Origin: Eledone cirrhosa
Taxonomy: Eukaryota
DNA length: 64,000 nucleotides
Reading direction: 5' to 3'
Assembly: GCA_964016885.1 (NCBI GenBank)
Contig: OZ024740.1
Location: forward strand, 332,568,001 to 332,632,000
Both the position numbers and the translations under genes were made by a program. The notes below the pieces were generated by a model. It made no database searches, had not been told where the DNA came from, and saw nothing but the letters and a program-made list of their open reading frames with translations. Shown in pieces: positions 15,835-28,388 of the stretch (position 1 is its first letter; each line of letters opens with the position of its first letter).

Positions 15835-15975
15835 AAATAACAGATTAAAGTTTAAAAGGGGGAAAGCAGCGATTCTTTGCTTAAACTTTAATCTGTTATT
15901 TTAATAAATATTTGCTCTAGGGTTCTTATATATTTAACCTTATCTTTGGATTTTAGTCTTCAAATCTATTATTAT

Positions 15976-15980
<5 letters not shown>
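15835..15980 (+). mobile_element. Short pLTR fragment of the 17.7-21.7 kb PLE family with 5' fold-back
   Basis: 15857-15980 matches ~18863-19003. Preceded by inverted aataacagattaaagtttaa. Confidence 0.8.
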
Positions 15981-16009
<29 letters not shown>

Positions 16010-16483
16010 ACATATTTTGTCATACATGGGTTACCTATCTTCTGACCCCAAAATAATTTGTTTTCTTATGGAAAAACAAAAGCTCTCGGTGATTTAGCAT
16101 CGATAGTAAACAAGGCGGAAGCACATATCAATTTTCCAAAGGCTGAATATTGATAGCGCACAATAAATTAGTGACTTCGGTCTATGGTGAACCTGAGCAC
16201 CAAGAAGACCATGCTCAGTGGCCCTGAATGCTAACTAAGATAATACCCCCTCTCCCCTCTCTCTCTTCCTCTCTCTCTCTCTCTCTCTGTCTATATATAT
16301 ATATATATATATATGTGTGTATGTATATATATATATTGTTATGCTTTGGGAGGGTCATTTGCCAATAAGAAACACACGCACCAGTCGTTTTCACTCCAAT
16401 TTATAATAAATTAAATTTATAAATTTAAGAATTTATAAATTTCCGGTTGGTTGGTTCCATAACCGGACGGTCGGTCATATATT

Positions 16484-16526
16484 GTCAAAGTTCTTTCGTC
16501 GCACATGTTGTGACCTCTTCAGTGAC
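16484..16526 (-). ncRNA. Minimal hammerhead ribozyme (decayed sisters at 17434-17476 + and 26426-26468 +)
   Basis: Minus strand gtca-CTGAAGA-g-gtcac..gtgcgac-GAAA-gaac-TT-tgac. The copy at 26426 has stem I gtta/taac (compensatory change relative to gtca/tgac). Confidence 0.65.
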
Positions 16527-16957
16527 TGGGGATTATTTTCTGTTTTTTGCCTCTCCTTTCTTCTGTCCTACGCCATCTTGTCTTTGTGTGTGTTGTGTGC
16601 TTAGTTTGCGCATTTGTTGCATCCGGGTGTCTGTGTGTGTTTTTATTTGTTTATTTATTTTTTTATTTATATGTTACTGGTTGGTTGTTTGTTCTATGTG
16701 TGTGTGTGTTTTCATTTTGTCCTTAATTGTAAGTTGTGATGTTGCTATTCCATTCATGTTTTCTATTTAATTTTGGTTGGAGTTCATTTATGTTTATTGC
16801 CTCTGTGATTTGTCTAAACATTGCGTCTTTTCTCTCTGTAGATTCTATTTTTATTTCTATGTTATTCAATTTGCCCTTATGTTCTATTTTAGCATGTTGT
16901 TGGATTATTGATGATTCTTTTTTATCTTGAAGTTATCGCTATGTACACTATATTCTT

Positions 16958-17235
16958 AAGAATATAGTGTACATAGGTGAGACAGCTTGTAGTATAGGAG
17001 AACGGTTAAATGAACACTGGCGAGACCTTCAAGATGAAAAGGAATCATCAATACTCCACTAACATGTGAAATAGAATATAAGGGCAAATTAGAGAACGTA
17101 GAAATAAAAATGGAATCTACAATCAGAAAAGACGCAATGTTTAGACAAATCACAGAGACAATAAACATAAATGAACTCCAACCATAATTAAATAGAAAAC
17201 ATGAGTGGAATAGCAACATCACAACTTAGAATTAA
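16958..17235 (+). pseudogene. PLE GIY-YIG endonuclease C-terminal fragment (YIGET...LNRKHEW type)
   Basis: KNIVYIGETACSIGERLNEHWRD...SILH*H...KDAMFRQITETINI...LNRKHEWNS: YIG, R..EH, E..I and LN motifs, with stops and a frameshift. Confidence 0.85.
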
Positions 17236-18827
17236 GGACAAAATGAAAACACACACACACATAGAACAAACAACCAACCAGTAACATGTAAATAAACAAA
17301 TAAATAAACAAATAAAAACACACACAGACACCCGGATGTAACACATGAGCAAACTAAGCACACAACACACACAAAAACAAGATGGCGTAGGACAGAAGAA
17401 AGGAGAGGCAAAAAACAAAGAAAAGAATCCCCAGTCAATGAAGAGGTCACAAAATGTCTGACGAAAGAACTTTGACAATATATGAACAACCGTCCGGTTA
17501 TGGATCCAGCCAACCAACCGGAAATTTATAAATTCTAAAATTTATAAATTTAATTTCTAATAAATTGGCGTGAAGCAACTGGTGCGTGTGTTTCTTATTG
17601 GCAAAATGACCCTCCCAAAGCAGAACAATATGGGTTTCAACACGTTTCCGGATAAAAAATCTTGCTAAACAAATTCAGAAACGAAATATATATATATATA
17701 TATATATTTATTAAAATAACAGGTTAAAGTTTAACCAAAGAATCGCTGCTTTCACCCTTAACGGGATCTTCTGAAACTAACAAAGTCAACCTGTAAACGC
17801 AGAACTGGATATTTCAAAAAACGTTGCAACCGGAGGAAGACAGGAAGACGATACTTTGTTTCGTGGTAACGTTCGCTGGCAAAGAACGGGAAAAAACGAA
17901 TAATACGTCATTAATAGGAGCGGTGAAAAACAATTACGCGCAAAGACAGAACCACGTTTATGGTATAAAAGAGGTCGTAGACTAATATTCTCTTAGGTGG
18001 TGCATAGAGACGTTCTCTGGCAATGAACGAAAAAACGAAGATAATAAGTCATATGTGGAGCGTAGAGAACAATAGCACGCAAAGACAAAACCACGTAAAT
18101 GGTATAGCAGAAGTCGTAGACTAAAATTAATCTCCGCTGCAGAGTTAAGAACAAAGTAAATAAATACAATACAGAAGTAATAGAAACAAATAAATACATA
18201 CATGCAAACAGATACGTACATACACAAGCATACGCAAAACCTTACCATAGGTATACAAAACCACGCACATATAAATATGTGTGTGTGTGTGTATGCTTGT
18301 GTACAAATAAATAAATAATTATATCAACGAATATAAGTAAATAAATACGTATATAACAAGCGCACACGCATACCTACATATACATACACCAATGTTCGGA
18401 GACGTAAGTCAACTAAAACAAGAAGTACACATATACACACACCCACCATACGTACGAACCTGCATACTCACGCAGACGCAAAACTCCCGTATACACATAG
18501 CCAAACCCTAATTGCTATACCATTTACGTGGTTTTGTCTTTGCGTGCTATTGTTCTCCACGCTCCACATATGACTTATTATCTTTGTTTTTTCGTTCATT
18601 GCCAGAGAACGTCTCTATGCACCACCTAAGAGAACATTAGTCTACGACCTCTTTTATACCATAAACGTGGTTCTGTCTTTGCGCGTAATTGTTTTTCACC
18701 GCTCCTATTAATGACGTATTATTCGTTTTTTCCCGTCCTTTGCCAGCGAACGTTACCACGAACCAAAGTATCGTCTTCTTGTCTTCCTCCGGTTGCAACG
18801 TTTTTTGAAATATCCAGTTCTGCGTTT

Positions 18828-18903
18828 ACAGATTGACTTTGTTAGTTTCAGAAGATCCCATTAAGGGTGAAAGCAGCGATTCTTTGCTTAAACTTTAATC
18901 TGT
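18828..18903 (+). ncRNA. Variant type I hammerhead (CAGAAGA core) in the 5' pLTR; copies at 17719-17794 (-) and 39992-40067 (-)
   Basis: Distal stem acagattga/ttaatctgt; stem I agttt/aaact; CAGAAGA 18849-18855; stem II t-ccc/ggg-t; GAAA 18869-18872; stem III agca/tgct; CUU site (cut after 18889). An A:T pair in the distal stem is G:C in the inverted copy. Confidence 0.6.
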
Positions 18904-19047
18904 TATTTTAAGAAATATTTGCTCTGCGGTTCTTATATATTTGATATATATTTTCCTTATCGAGCCCTCTTTGGATTTTAGTCTTCAATTTTATTATTAT
19001 TACTATTTGGCTCCTTCGGTTGAGCACTCTACTGACTTATATTCATC

Positions 19048-21178
19048 ATGCAGAAACAACCTCTGAATATTTCTACAAAGAACATACCCGTACCAAGCAG
19101 GAAAACATACCTAAAACTCCTGATACAGAAAACAGACGCGTTCATTAAAAGGTTGCGTTGGCGTGCCTTTTATTTCGATAATCCGCGAAAAGCAGACAAC
19201 AAACAGGATAAATTTGGATTTAAAACCTATAATAACCCTCCGTGGAACCCAGCATTGCTACCCTTCGAAAATGATGTCTTGGAACTCATTCGGAGTATCA
19301 AATTTCGGCATAGAAGCAATTCCTTCCAGCAAGACCTGAAGAATAGAATTCGTTCTATTAAGGATTCTAACGCCGTGCACGTCCATTCCGACAAAACTGG
19401 CAACCTATATCAAGTGGAGCGCAGTACTTACCATCAACTACTACATAATGCTGTAACTAAGGATTACCGTAAAACTAATCGGTGCGTCATCAATGAAATC
19501 AACGATGCTGGGTTTAAAATCACATCTGATCTCAACATCCTGGACCGGACCGAACCTCTGGACCAGATCTCTCCCCACTTTACCCTGAAGGATCACAAAT
19601 CCAATTTTCCGAACAACCCCTCTATTCGGCTTATTAACCCTACGAAGTCCGATTTAGGTAGACTTAGTAAAACGATTCTTGATAGAATTATACCTGAAAT
19701 TAGAAGTTTGGCCCCTCTCGCACTGTGGAACAATTCTTTCGCGGTGATTGATTGGTTCAACGGCATATGTAACAAGGAACATTGCCGTTTTATCCAATTC
19801 GACATCAACAATTACTACTCCTCCATCACTTTACCACTTCTCCTTAGAGCTATCAATTTCGCTAAAACACTCACAGCGGTTAAGGATTTTGAAGATGATG
19901 TCATCCTTAATGCCCGAAAGTCGGTGATTAATTTCGACGACTCTATTTGGATTAAAAATCCAATAGTACCCCATTCGACGTGAGTATGGGCGCCAGTGAC
20001 TCTTCGGAGGTTACTGATCTTATTGGCCTTTTCCTTCTTTTCTCTATCAAGGATGAATTCCCCAACGCGGGCGGTGGTTTGCACCGTGACGATGGTCTTT
20101 TGACCATGACTAAGTGCGGACCTCGTGCTTGCCACAGGTTCAGAAAAGAACTCACAGCCTTCTTTAAAAGCTTCAACATTTCTCTATACAGGTTGAGGCC
20201 AATCTCTCGGTCGTTAATTACCTCGACGTTACCCTCAATTTATTGAATGGGTTGTATTACCCGTATAGAAAGCCAAATGATACGCTTAATTACATAAGTA
20301 AGCATTCCAACCATCCTGCCAGCATAACCAAGAACCTGCTAAGAAACGTTTCGTTGAGGCTTTCCCGTCTTTCCACCAACGAGCGCATTTTCAACGACCA
20401 TTCCACTTATTACAATGAAGCTCTTGCTCGAAGTGGATTTGTCGATAAGGTAGCATATACAGAGTACGAAAATAGAGCTAGAAGAAATAGATCCCGTCGC
20501 ATTTGTTGGTTTAACCCACCATATAATATGGAGGTGGCCACACCATTAGCTAAGATCTTTCTTTCCCTTATTACGAAGCATTTACCCCCTACACATAAAT
20601 ATAGTAAAATTTTTAATAGAAATACTATTAAAATTTCTTACTCTATGACTCCTAACCTTGCACATAACATCACAGCTTCAAATTTAGCTAAACTACCTAG
20701 CCGTAGGAACACGTGCAACCCTGTAGTTAGTACTAACTGTAATTGTAAGAATCGGGCTGATTGCCCCCTATCCGGGAAATGCCTCTCTAGTAACATTGTC
20801 TACAAATGTAAGGTTGTAACACCCACGTCCCATAGGGCCTACATAGGGTTAACCGCCAATAGTTTCAAGCAGCGTCTTTACATGCATACCCATTCTTTTC
20901 GCTACCCTCTAAGAAGGAATATGACGTCACTTTCAGCTTATATCTGGAGTCTAAAAGATAACCACACCCAATATAAGTTACACTGGGAGATCCTAGCTAG
21001 GGCTAGATCGTATAACGGAAATAAAAGACCATGTGACCTCTGCGCCGCTGAGGCCCTGGAAATACTCTACGCCACAGACCACACCTTAAACAAAAAATCT
21101 GAGGCAATTTCGGCTTGTAAACATAAATTGCACAAAACTTTCCTGTATTACAGCCCCACGTTATACCCTAACGGATAG
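19048..21178 (+). pseudogene. PLE polyprotein: reverse transcriptase + CxC/CP linker + C-terminal GIY-YIG endonuclease (most like the Hydra clade); two frameshifts
   Basis: ORFs 19048-19983, 19980-20246 and 20243-21178 join via frameshifts near 19955 and 20185. RT motifs SDKT, LKDHK..F..RLINP, QFDI..YYSSI, FDVSMG, GLHRDDG, NYLDVT, YRKPN, SNHP, WFNPPY; linker CNC..CPL..C; EN IVY..YIG..R, CDLC..E, LNKKSE..CKH. About 710 codons. Clade label is from recollection of motifs, not a phylogeny. Confidence 0.93.
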
Positions 21179-21699
21179 CACGACCTATACGTGGATATTT
21201 TACGTCTTGATGTGGGAGCTAAGTATATGTTTTGTTTATTCCTTTACTTATTTGCATAGGTAAGTATATATTACCCGTATGTTTTGTGAAGGTATGTATA
21301 CTTTCTCGTACGTATATTTGTCTGTTATGGCGTATAATTTTTACATAGTCTGGTATTTAGGGTTTGGCTATGTGTATACGGGAGTTTTGTGTCTGCGTGT
21401 GTATGCAGGTTCGTACGTATGGTGGGTGTGTGTATATGTGTACTTCTTGTTTTAGTTGACTTACGTCTCTGAACATTCGTGTATTTATATGTAGGTATGC
21501 GTGTGCGCTTGTTATATACGTATTTATTTACTTATATTCGTTGATATAATTATTTATTTATTTGTACACAAGCATACACACACACACATATTTATATGTG
21601 CGTGGTTTTGTATACCTATGGTAAGGTTTTGCGTATGCTTGTGTATGTACGTATCTGTTTGCATGTATGTATTTATTTGTTTCTATTACTTCTGTATTA

Positions 21700-22114
21700 T
21701 AGAAAAATCTTCGTCCAAGTGAATTTGTTTTCTGATGATTTCGAAGCTCGTGAATTTATCCTTGATCGGATATTTCCAAAAGCGAATGAACTCCCATGGG
21801 GTAGAAACGTAATCTTGGTATGTTTATATTCATTTTTTCTTTTAACTTTAATTTTGTACCTAATTGTGTATGGTTAACGATATATTTAATCGATTTCCAC
21901 GTGCTATTGAAATGGTGGGTACATGTTCTATAGCTGTTGATCGCAAATAGATGGCTGTCGTTTATTTATCTATTCTTTCTTCATAGGTGCCTTTTAATCT
22001 TATAGCCTGGCTGGTTTAATTGTTTTTTTTGTGTTGTTGATTATGCTGAGTGGGAGAGGAGATGGTGTATATATCTTATCAAATGATTCTATGAACATAC
22101 TTTATTGGATATAG

Positions 22115-22115
<1 letters not shown>
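21700..22115 (+). mobile_element. pLTR fragment of another HHR-bearing family, replacing the 3' end of the main PLE
   Basis: Homologous to 44198-44510 and, inverted, to 43440-43740; carries a decayed CTGATGA core near 21732. Confidence 0.75.
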
Positions 22116-22185
<70 letters not shown>

Positions 22186-22324
22186 TATATATATATAGAT
22201 GTGTGTGTGTTTTTGCTTGTATATAAGGGACATTGTTAGCTTACATTTGTACTTTAATATTATATGTTGTATGTATAGTTAAACAAATGAAAACACACCG
22301 CTCGTCATTGATAAGCGTACACGT

Positions 22325-22397
22325 GTATGTATGTATGTATGTATGTATGTATGTATGTATGTATGTATGTATGTATGTATGTATGTATGTATGTATG
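22325..22397. repeat. (TATG)n microsatellite
   Basis: Directly visible. Confidence 0.95.
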
Positions 22398-23499
22398 GAT
22401 TGATGGTCAGATGCCTGAATGTATACATAAAAGCTGATTAAATATACTCGTCGCACTTACTCTTGACATTGCAACACATGTACTTCAGCAAAAAATACTT
22501 GAGAAATCGTATACGTAATTACCCACCGTAACAGCATACTTTATAATATATCGTATTCAATGGAACATCCACTTCAAATTGTTCAAATTGTTCCAAAGTT
22601 AAGGTTATTGTTTTCTACACCTATTGTAATGAATCATAGAGAATTATAAGTATGAGTTTATAATTTAAAGGATTTAGTATCGTCTTAAATGTCATAGAGC
22701 GATATGTACTTTGGTGTCTTTCCTTGTTAATGTGGCTTGTTATCGGGACCATCTTCACGTCGTCGAAAACAATATCAAACCAGGATTGGTCCTACAAATT
22801 GTCCTGTAGAGATAAATATTAATGGTTAAAACTTCAAAATATCCAAGCTCTTGTTGAACGGACGATTAAATATTCTAGATATATCTTGAAATGTATACAA
22901 TGGAGTTTATTACTTTCATTCTAAATCTTATTTTGTAACAAAATTGCTTTGCATTGCAAAAGTAATATCTCGAGTTTATATATTACGGTCAATTTAGTGG
23001 GAAGGCAAAGAGGAAAATAGTACGTTTCATGAAACATTTAAGAAATATTATATGTGGGGAAAGAGGTCTTAGAGTACGACAAGTGTCCCAAACATTATGT
23101 GTGATGTGTGAAGCAATTTTAATTCAATATCTAATATATTATCTACTAGTATAAAATGTGTTGATTCCAAGAAAATATACTTTTATAAGTGTACACACAG
23201 GCAAACACACGTATTCTCATGCACACAGCAAAGCTGTGTAAATATATGTATCTTTGTGTATCTACTTATATATATAACCAGCAATTTCTCTGTCTGTCTG
23301 TCCGACAGTGGAAACACGTGCGTAGAGAGAGAGTGAGAGTGAAAGAAAGAGACAGACTACGAGAGGGGGATAGCGGGAGAGAGAGAGGGAGAGAGAGAGA
23401 GTGAATAGACGCTAAAGAACGTGCTACAGAAACATTACCTTCCCCTCTCCACTGACTTTGGTCACTGAGGCCGAGGGAATCGCGCTGTGCTCGTCATAA

Positions 23500-23775
23500 T
23501 GACGTAATGCAGGCAGCCAGACATACAGACAGATATTATAAGGGCGCAACGTTATATCTATGTATCTATCTAAAAAGAAAGACTAAGAATTATATAGAGA
23601 GAACGCTAAATCGCCTAATGCGGTCTCTCGGGCATTGAAAATTTGAAATAATTTTGGCTCAAAACACTCACAGGACCATAAGTATTACATGTCTAAAGTT
23701 TGAAAACAATCGGTTGGATGGTTTTCAAGTTTTAGTGAGCTGACAGACAGACATTCTCTGTTTTAGATATATAGA
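23500..23775 (-). mobile_element. Non-autonomous Helitron 5' part (may extend to the CTAG at 23146)
   Basis: Reverse complement of ~63292-63580; 5'-TC terminus at 23775. Confidence 0.7.
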
Positions 23776-24582
23776 CTAGCAGAAAACCGCCCCCGAATGG
23801 TTTTCTGCTAGTCTATTATTATAAAATATAATCCACCTACAATTTTGTACATGTCATATTTATATTCTTGATTACCAATAGAGGTGTCAACCACAATTAT
23901 GACAATACTTATCCAAATATTCTTTCATCAGTTGCAATTATCAATGTAGTATATAGGTACACGTGGAGAAATAAACGTAGGAGACGAGTGAATGCCAATT
24001 TTATACATAATTTAACAATATATGTAATATCTTCATTTTGATACTATAACATTTTCTATTGACGATAAATTGAAAAGAATATTAGAGCTCACTATATTAA
24101 AGAGAACGTCTGACTTGTTTTCATTACAACAACTATTCAATTTAATATTTCTCTATTTGTAAAGCAGTTAAACAACGGGGGTGGTAAACCACAGAAATTC
24201 ATGAGCATGTTTATATCATAATTAAAACTTGTAACATTTACGTCGTCTGTACTACGTTAATGTGTCTCAATAAAAAAGTCAATACATCATATTTTGGATC
24301 TTGTAGATTCACTATTGCTTCGATTCTGTAACTCAATTTATATGCCATGCCAAGAAAAAAGTACTTGATTCGAATAGTATCAGATGGATATTTTGAACAA
24401 CATATCCAATTCACATTCACATGTGAAGGGAATAATTTTATCTCCTTTCTTGTAGATAAATTATCAAACAAACATGAGGCCCAGCGGATTATTTGGGCAT
24501 TGAAGCCGCTAAATCAGAAATAGTAAATGTCAAAACCTGACAGACACACGTATGAATGTATGTATGTATATATATATATATA

Positions 24583-25100
24583 TTGGACATCCTGCAGGAC
24601 TAAAAACAAAACCTGTCAAAGGGCAAAGGAGCTCTTAAGAGTCAATGGCCATCCAAAATCACCGGGAGAGATGACCCCTTAGCCTTTGTCAAGGCAGAAT
24701 TCTAGGAGAAGGAAAACTCTGATATAACACCTGCAACCCTGATGGTATCCAATGATGTTGACTTGTTCTTCTTTTTGGTAAATATCATCTTGGTTAAGAG
24801 AGTGGGACTGGCTTTGTGCAGTGCCTTTGCTCACTATAAAAGCTTCACGGCACAGGCATTGCTTTATATCTGGAGATCTCTCTGCACTTGTCCTCACATG
24901 GGCCCAGCACTATGTGTCAATGGTTGTCCTACCATGGGCCCAGCACTATGTGTCAATGGTTGTCACAGGTGTAGTGTTTGTACCAGAGGTTTCAAGTCGC
25001 TGGCTGGACTAAAAAGTCACACTCGTTCAGCGCTTCGGTAGGGGTTATCCTACATGGATGTAAAGTAGTGGCCGTACTCGAAAACGAGTTGGCAGCCACC
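24583..25100 (+). mobile_element. Internally deleted RTE-like LINE derivative with C2H2-like 3' end
   Basis: 3' segment encodes [19 protein letters not shown] and ends ctcgaaaacgagttggcagccacc(AT)n; sister copy at 58980-59172 (-). ~36-bp tandem duplication near 24897-24964. Confidence 0.65.
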
Positions 25101-25131
25101 ATATATATATATATATATATATATATAAGTT

Positions 25132-25279
25132 TCTATAGGACTAGTATTAGAATTGATGATTCTTTTGAATAACACATCTCTAGTCCTTTAGAGCCATTTC
25201 TATATATAATTTGATGTTTACACTCTACTAATGTATTGAGTACCTTACTTACTGTGGTTCACCTCGATTAAACCCGGGA

Positions 25280-25283
<4 letters not shown>
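25132..25283 (+). mobile_element. Solo pLTR fragment (same family as 5920-6093) with decayed HHR-like motif
   Basis: Shares the ctagtcct and ttgagtacctt.cttactgtggtt...aacccgg segments; TTGATGA-ttc-tttt-gaa-t. Confidence 0.55.
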
Positions 25284-25376
<93 letters not shown>

Positions 25377-25898
25377 TATATTCATATATATATATATAAA
25401 GCGTTTTAATATTCTGTTGATAATTTCGATGAACACACAATGAACTACACTACACGCACACACACACATGTATATATAAATATAACTGTGTGGGTGTGTG
25501 TGTGTGTGCGTGTGTGTGTATGTGTAAGTAAGTGTTATTCTCTCAGGGTTCATCGAAAATATCAACAGAATATTAAAACGTTTTATATGGGCACCGCTAA
25601 TTGTACATAGATCAGAGAGAGGCTTATGGACAAATGCATGTTTATATGTGTGTCTGCGTACATTTATGCATGTGATAATGCCTATAACTTTGCATATATG
25701 TTTGTAGAAACAAGTGTCAATACTCTGTACACCTACATACATTCAATTAAATGTGTATCCGACTTTCAGTTTGCATGTGTGCTTACTCATCTTCAACAAT
25801 ACAATATATATATAATTGGTGTTGGATGCTTAAAGTGTACGTAAGCGGTAGGCCGTTGGAGCACTCGATGGTCCCATAGAGCAGAGTATCATATCACT

Positions 25899-25976
<78 letters not shown>

Positions 25977-26026
25977 ATTTAGTATATCTACTAACATTTA
26001 CGTCTTTTATATATATATATATATCC

Positions 26027-26082
<56 letters not shown>

Positions 26083-26103
26083 ATGTATATATAAATATAT
26101 ATA

Positions 26104-26333
<230 letters not shown>

Positions 26334-27144
26334 ATACTTTGGGAATGTGATGCTGCCAATAAAAACTCACATACACGTAAGATGGTGTAGGATAGAACAA
26401 AGGAGAGACACAAAATAAAATCCCAGTTACTGAGGGGGTCACAGGTTGTGTGACAAAAGAGGTTTAACAATATATAAACTACCATGCAGTTATCGAACCA
26501 AACAACCAGCTGCATATTAAACTCGTGAACCCACATTGCTGCCGTGCAATTTCACACATTAAGGTAGCAATGTGATTGTAATGCTAGATAGCTCAATGGA
26601 TTCGAGCGCCGCTTTTTTCGACACAGTGCTACGTTTTTATTCGTGTGACACATTCTCTCTGCTATTTCTCCTTTGTGCTCTCACACTTTTCTCCCCACCT
26701 TCTCTTTTTCCCTCTTTTCCACACTCTCATTTTTTCGCTATCATTCTCTTTTCTTTTTCTCCTCTACTTTTGACCAATCCTTCGTTTTCTTTATCTCAAC
26801 ATTTGAGAAAGCAGATAACCTTTCGGGAAGCCAACAACATTTTTCTGACGAACTTCAACATTTTCAATTGTTCATTTTACCCCGGGTTATCTCTGTGCGG
26901 ATTTTACTTGCTAAATCAATTGTCTATTAATTCTCCTGGTATTGTTTAATTGTTATTGTAGAAAGACACCACCAAAGGTTCATATCCATTCTTTTATTGT
27001 CATCTAATGCATCTTATTAATACAGCAGCAACCCAATCCGTTGCACAATGGGACATTACTAGCGAAAAAGTGCCTTAATGCACAAAATTTCACGCCCGCT
27101 AGCTGGCTCATTATACATTTAACACGTCTTTTTCAGATAATGTG

Positions 27145-27363
<219 letters not shown>

Positions 27364-27510
27364 CTACACTCCGGAATACAGAAGGATCAGGAACTAAGTT
27401 ACTTCAACAATTCTTCCATAACTCGTTGAGTAACCTCTCACCGTACGTCAATCCTATCCATTGTAGTAATTAACCATTACTGCATCTAGGATAATCCTAT
27501 ACCTAATATA

Positions 27511-27606
<96 letters not shown>

Positions 27607-27751
27607 TATATACTCTTTTACCTGTTTCAGCCATCCGGCTGAGGCCATATATATATATATATATAATGAAATATATGGAGAGTAGGAATGGCTGTGTAGT
27701 TGCTATTCAAGGTAACTTAATACGAAGAATCAAGAACAGGGAGGGGGGAGG

Positions 27752-27826
27752 GAGTTTTCCTCATCTGTTGTCTACTGACGGCCACGGATATTTCTACTCT
27801 TTAAAGACAAGATATCTACCGCCCAG
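27752..27826 (-). ncRNA. Candidate non-circularly permuted hammerhead, copy A
   Basis: ctgggcggta-GATAT-C-TTGTCT-ttaaa-GAGT-a-GAA-ATATC-cgtggccgtcagt-AGACAA-CAGATGA-ggaaa-ACTC. Confidence 0.65.
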
Positions 27827-28313
27827 GGCGTTCAATAACTGGGTAAGTTATTGAGAAAACGGAATAAGGAGGGAAGGAAATCAATGGGGAAGAAAAGAGA
27901 AAACAGTAACAAATCAGCGAAAACAAACAACAAACCGAGCAATATGCGAGCAACTATAGGTAGAAAATGCAAGACCACTCGATAAGAGAACTTAAGTTCA
28001 AGACTGAGTGGTCGAGAGAAAAGAGACACACGTCCGATCGCCGCAGTTGTAAATGAGAGGAGAACTGCTAAACGGTCAGGCGAGGAGGTGAAAGTGAGAG
28101 GGAGAAAGGGAGAGGAAGAAAGTTGGGTAAGAGTAGATAGGGAGAAAGGGAGGGTAAGAAAGAGGGGTGAGAGTAGAAAGTAACGAAATAGGTAGGTAGA
28201 AGGGGAGAGAAGAATGGTCACAATATATGGAGAATAGAAATGGCTGTGGGTTGCTATTTAAGGTAACTTAAAATGCAGTGGGAATACGAAGAAAGCAAGG
28301 ACGGGGGAAGGGG

Positions 28314-28388
28314 GTGTTTTCCTCATCAGTTGTCTACTGGGGTTCTCGGATATTTCTACGCTTCAAAGACAAGATAACTACCGCCCAG
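28314..28388 (-). ncRNA. Candidate non-circularly permuted hammerhead, copy B
   Basis: ctgggcggta-gttat-C-TTGTCT-ttgaa-gcgt-a-GAA-atatc-cgagaaccccagt-AGACAA-CTGATGA-ggaaa-acac. Canonical core; one mismatch each in stems II and III. Confidence 0.65.

Larger units (their letters stand above)
16333..17690. mobile_element. Spacerless ~1.3-kb palindrome from a second PLE clade (EN end + pLTR)
   Basis: Arms 16333-16957 and 16958-17630 are reverse complements. Exact centre ctatgtacactatattctt|aagaatatagtgtacatag; the left arm lacks ~44 bp near the centre. Confidence 0.9.
17707..21697 (+). mobile_element. Near-full-length Penelope-like element: inverted pLTR (17707-18510) + direct 5' pLTR (18511-19047) + ORF + truncated 3' pLTR (21179-21697)
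   Basis: ~17710-18110 is the reverse complement of 18512-18910, and ~18165-18510 of 21357-21697. The pLTR holds a ~141-bp internal tandem subrepeat. 5' end abuts (TA)n. Confidence 0.92.

Noticed and set aside
16447-17517. Hydrophobic membrane-protein-like ORFs duplicated on both strands
   Set aside because: Antisense readings of the A-rich PLE pLTR/EN in the palindrome arms.
18504-18511. CCCTAA telomere hexamer at the pLTR inversion junction
   Set aside because: Single hexamer that is part of the element itself (ttaggg at ~21357); compatible with chance.
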